Below, piece after piece: positions 63,078 to 64,000 of a DNA stretch of 64,000 bases (position 1 is its first letter; every line of letters begins with the position of its first letter). Location: assembly GCA_963933905.1 (NCBI GenBank), contig CAWVWS010000002.1, forward strand, positions 8,382 to 72,381, given 5' to 3'. The translations under genes and the position numbers were made by a program. Under the pieces are notes generated by a model, which was not told the DNA's origin, searched no databases, and saw only the letters and a program-made list of their open reading frames with translations. This stretch comes from an uncultured Sulfitobacter sp. Lineage in GTDB: Bacteria > Pseudomonadota > Alphaproteobacteria > Rhodobacterales > Rhodobacteraceae.

Positions 63078-63937
63078 TCCGTCTGGCCCTTGCACTGATC
63101 TGCTTATGCGGCACCGCACTGGCAGAACCGACGCTGCGCTCCAACGGTACGCTGCGCTGGCAACTTGATGCGCCATGGTTCGGTGGTTGGTCGGGGATTG
63201 AGGTTGGTGCCGATGGCAACGAGATGACTGTGATCAGTGACCGTGGCCAGATCCTTGAAGCGTCACTTCTACGCTCGAACGGGCGGCTCTCTGGTGTCAA
63301 GGTTCTGCGCAACAAGCGGTTGGGCAGATCATCGGGCGGACGGTTGCGCAAAAAGGCAAGCGACGCTGAAGGCCTCGCTATTATCGGGGATAACTTGGCC
63401 TATATCTCGTTCGAGCATCGCCACCGGATCATGCGCGTTGATCTGGCGACAGGGCGTACATATGACCGGATCAAACTTCCTTTCGAGAATACGTTGGGCG
63501 ACAATTCCGGCGTAGAAGCCATGGCGATCGGGCCTGATGGTACTCTCTATGCCATCACCGAAACTGCTCCCGCAGGGGGACAGCCCTTCCCGCTTTATGC
63601 CTATACAAACGGCCAATGGCGTGTGAGTGCGCGCATTCCCCAACGTGGGCCGTTTGTTCCTGTTGGCGCTGACATCGACAGCAAGGGGCGGCTTTGGCTT
63701 TTGGAACGTGCCACGACGCCTCTGGGGTTTCGCACCCGCGTTCGACTGTTTGTTATCGACCCACGTGCGCCGCGTGAATACACGGTACTAACGACAATTC
63801 CTGCGCGCCATGACAACCTTGAGGGGATCAGCGTCTGGGATGATCCACGCGGCCAAATGCACGTGACAATGATTTCGGACGACAACTTTTTCCAGCTACA
63901 GCGGACACAGATCGTCGAATACACTGTTCGTGAATAG
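63074..63937 (+). CDS. Esterase-like activity of phytase family protein
   Basis: FGGWSG, ISDRG, DAEGL, DNLEG and ISDDNF. Confidence 0.88.
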   Translation: MIRLALALICLCGTALAEPTLRSNGTLRWQLDAPWFGGWSGIEVGADGNEMTVISDRGQILEASLLRSNGRLSGVKVLRNKRLGRSSGGRLRKKASDAEGLAIIGDNLAYISFEHRHRIMRVDLATGRTYDRIKLPFENTLGDNSGVEAMAIGPDGTLYAITETAPAGGQPFPLYAYTNGQWRVSARIPQRGPFVPVGADIDSKGRLWLLERATTPLGFRTRVRLFVIDPRAPREYTVLTTIPARHDNLEGISVWDDPRGQMHVTMISDDNFFQLQRTQIVEYTVRE

Positions 63938-64000
63938 GGTTGCAGTGACGTCCAAAGCCACCTAAATCACGACTCGTCTGCGATCCCCGCAGGCCAAGTC

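Noticed and set aside
1-64000. Mobile elements, prophage, CRISPR, rRNA/tRNA, anti-phage defence systems
   Set aside because: I recognised no transposase, integrase, phage, cas or defence motifs, no repeat-spacer arrays and no structural RNA signatures. Intergenic gaps are short.

Overview
A 64 kb chromosomal segment from an alphaproteobacterium of the Roseobacter group (Rhodobacterales). Gene content and order look Sulfitobacter-like, and GC is roughly 55-60% by eye. I count about 56 genes: housekeeping genes (polA, recQ, accD, folC, ilvD, gpmI-envC-ctpA, zapE, mepA), metabolic genes (paaI-paaK, fghA, hyi), a carbonic anhydrase-sbtA-sbtB bicarbonate module, a MoxR/DUF58/DUF4159 operon and a cytoplasmic hybrid histidine kinase. 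I saw no rRNA, tRNA, CRISPR array, transposase or phage gene. The strongest signal is selective pseudogenization. Eight genes are broken: DUF4139, an alpha/beta hydrolase, a Cys-rich Sel1-like lipoprotein, an ABC-cNMP transporter, DUF6478, a GNAT remnant, pbpC and alpha-2-macroglobulin. Most breaks are in-frame nonsense codons of all three types, and all core genes are intact. The best candidate for an undescribed element is a gene with a perfect CtrA box that encodes a ribbon-helix-helix domain plus two tandem relaxase(TraI)-middle-like domains. It lies directly downstream of the sbtAB operon and close to a His-less pseudo-Hpt gene. All family assignments come from motif recognition only; no database searches were run.
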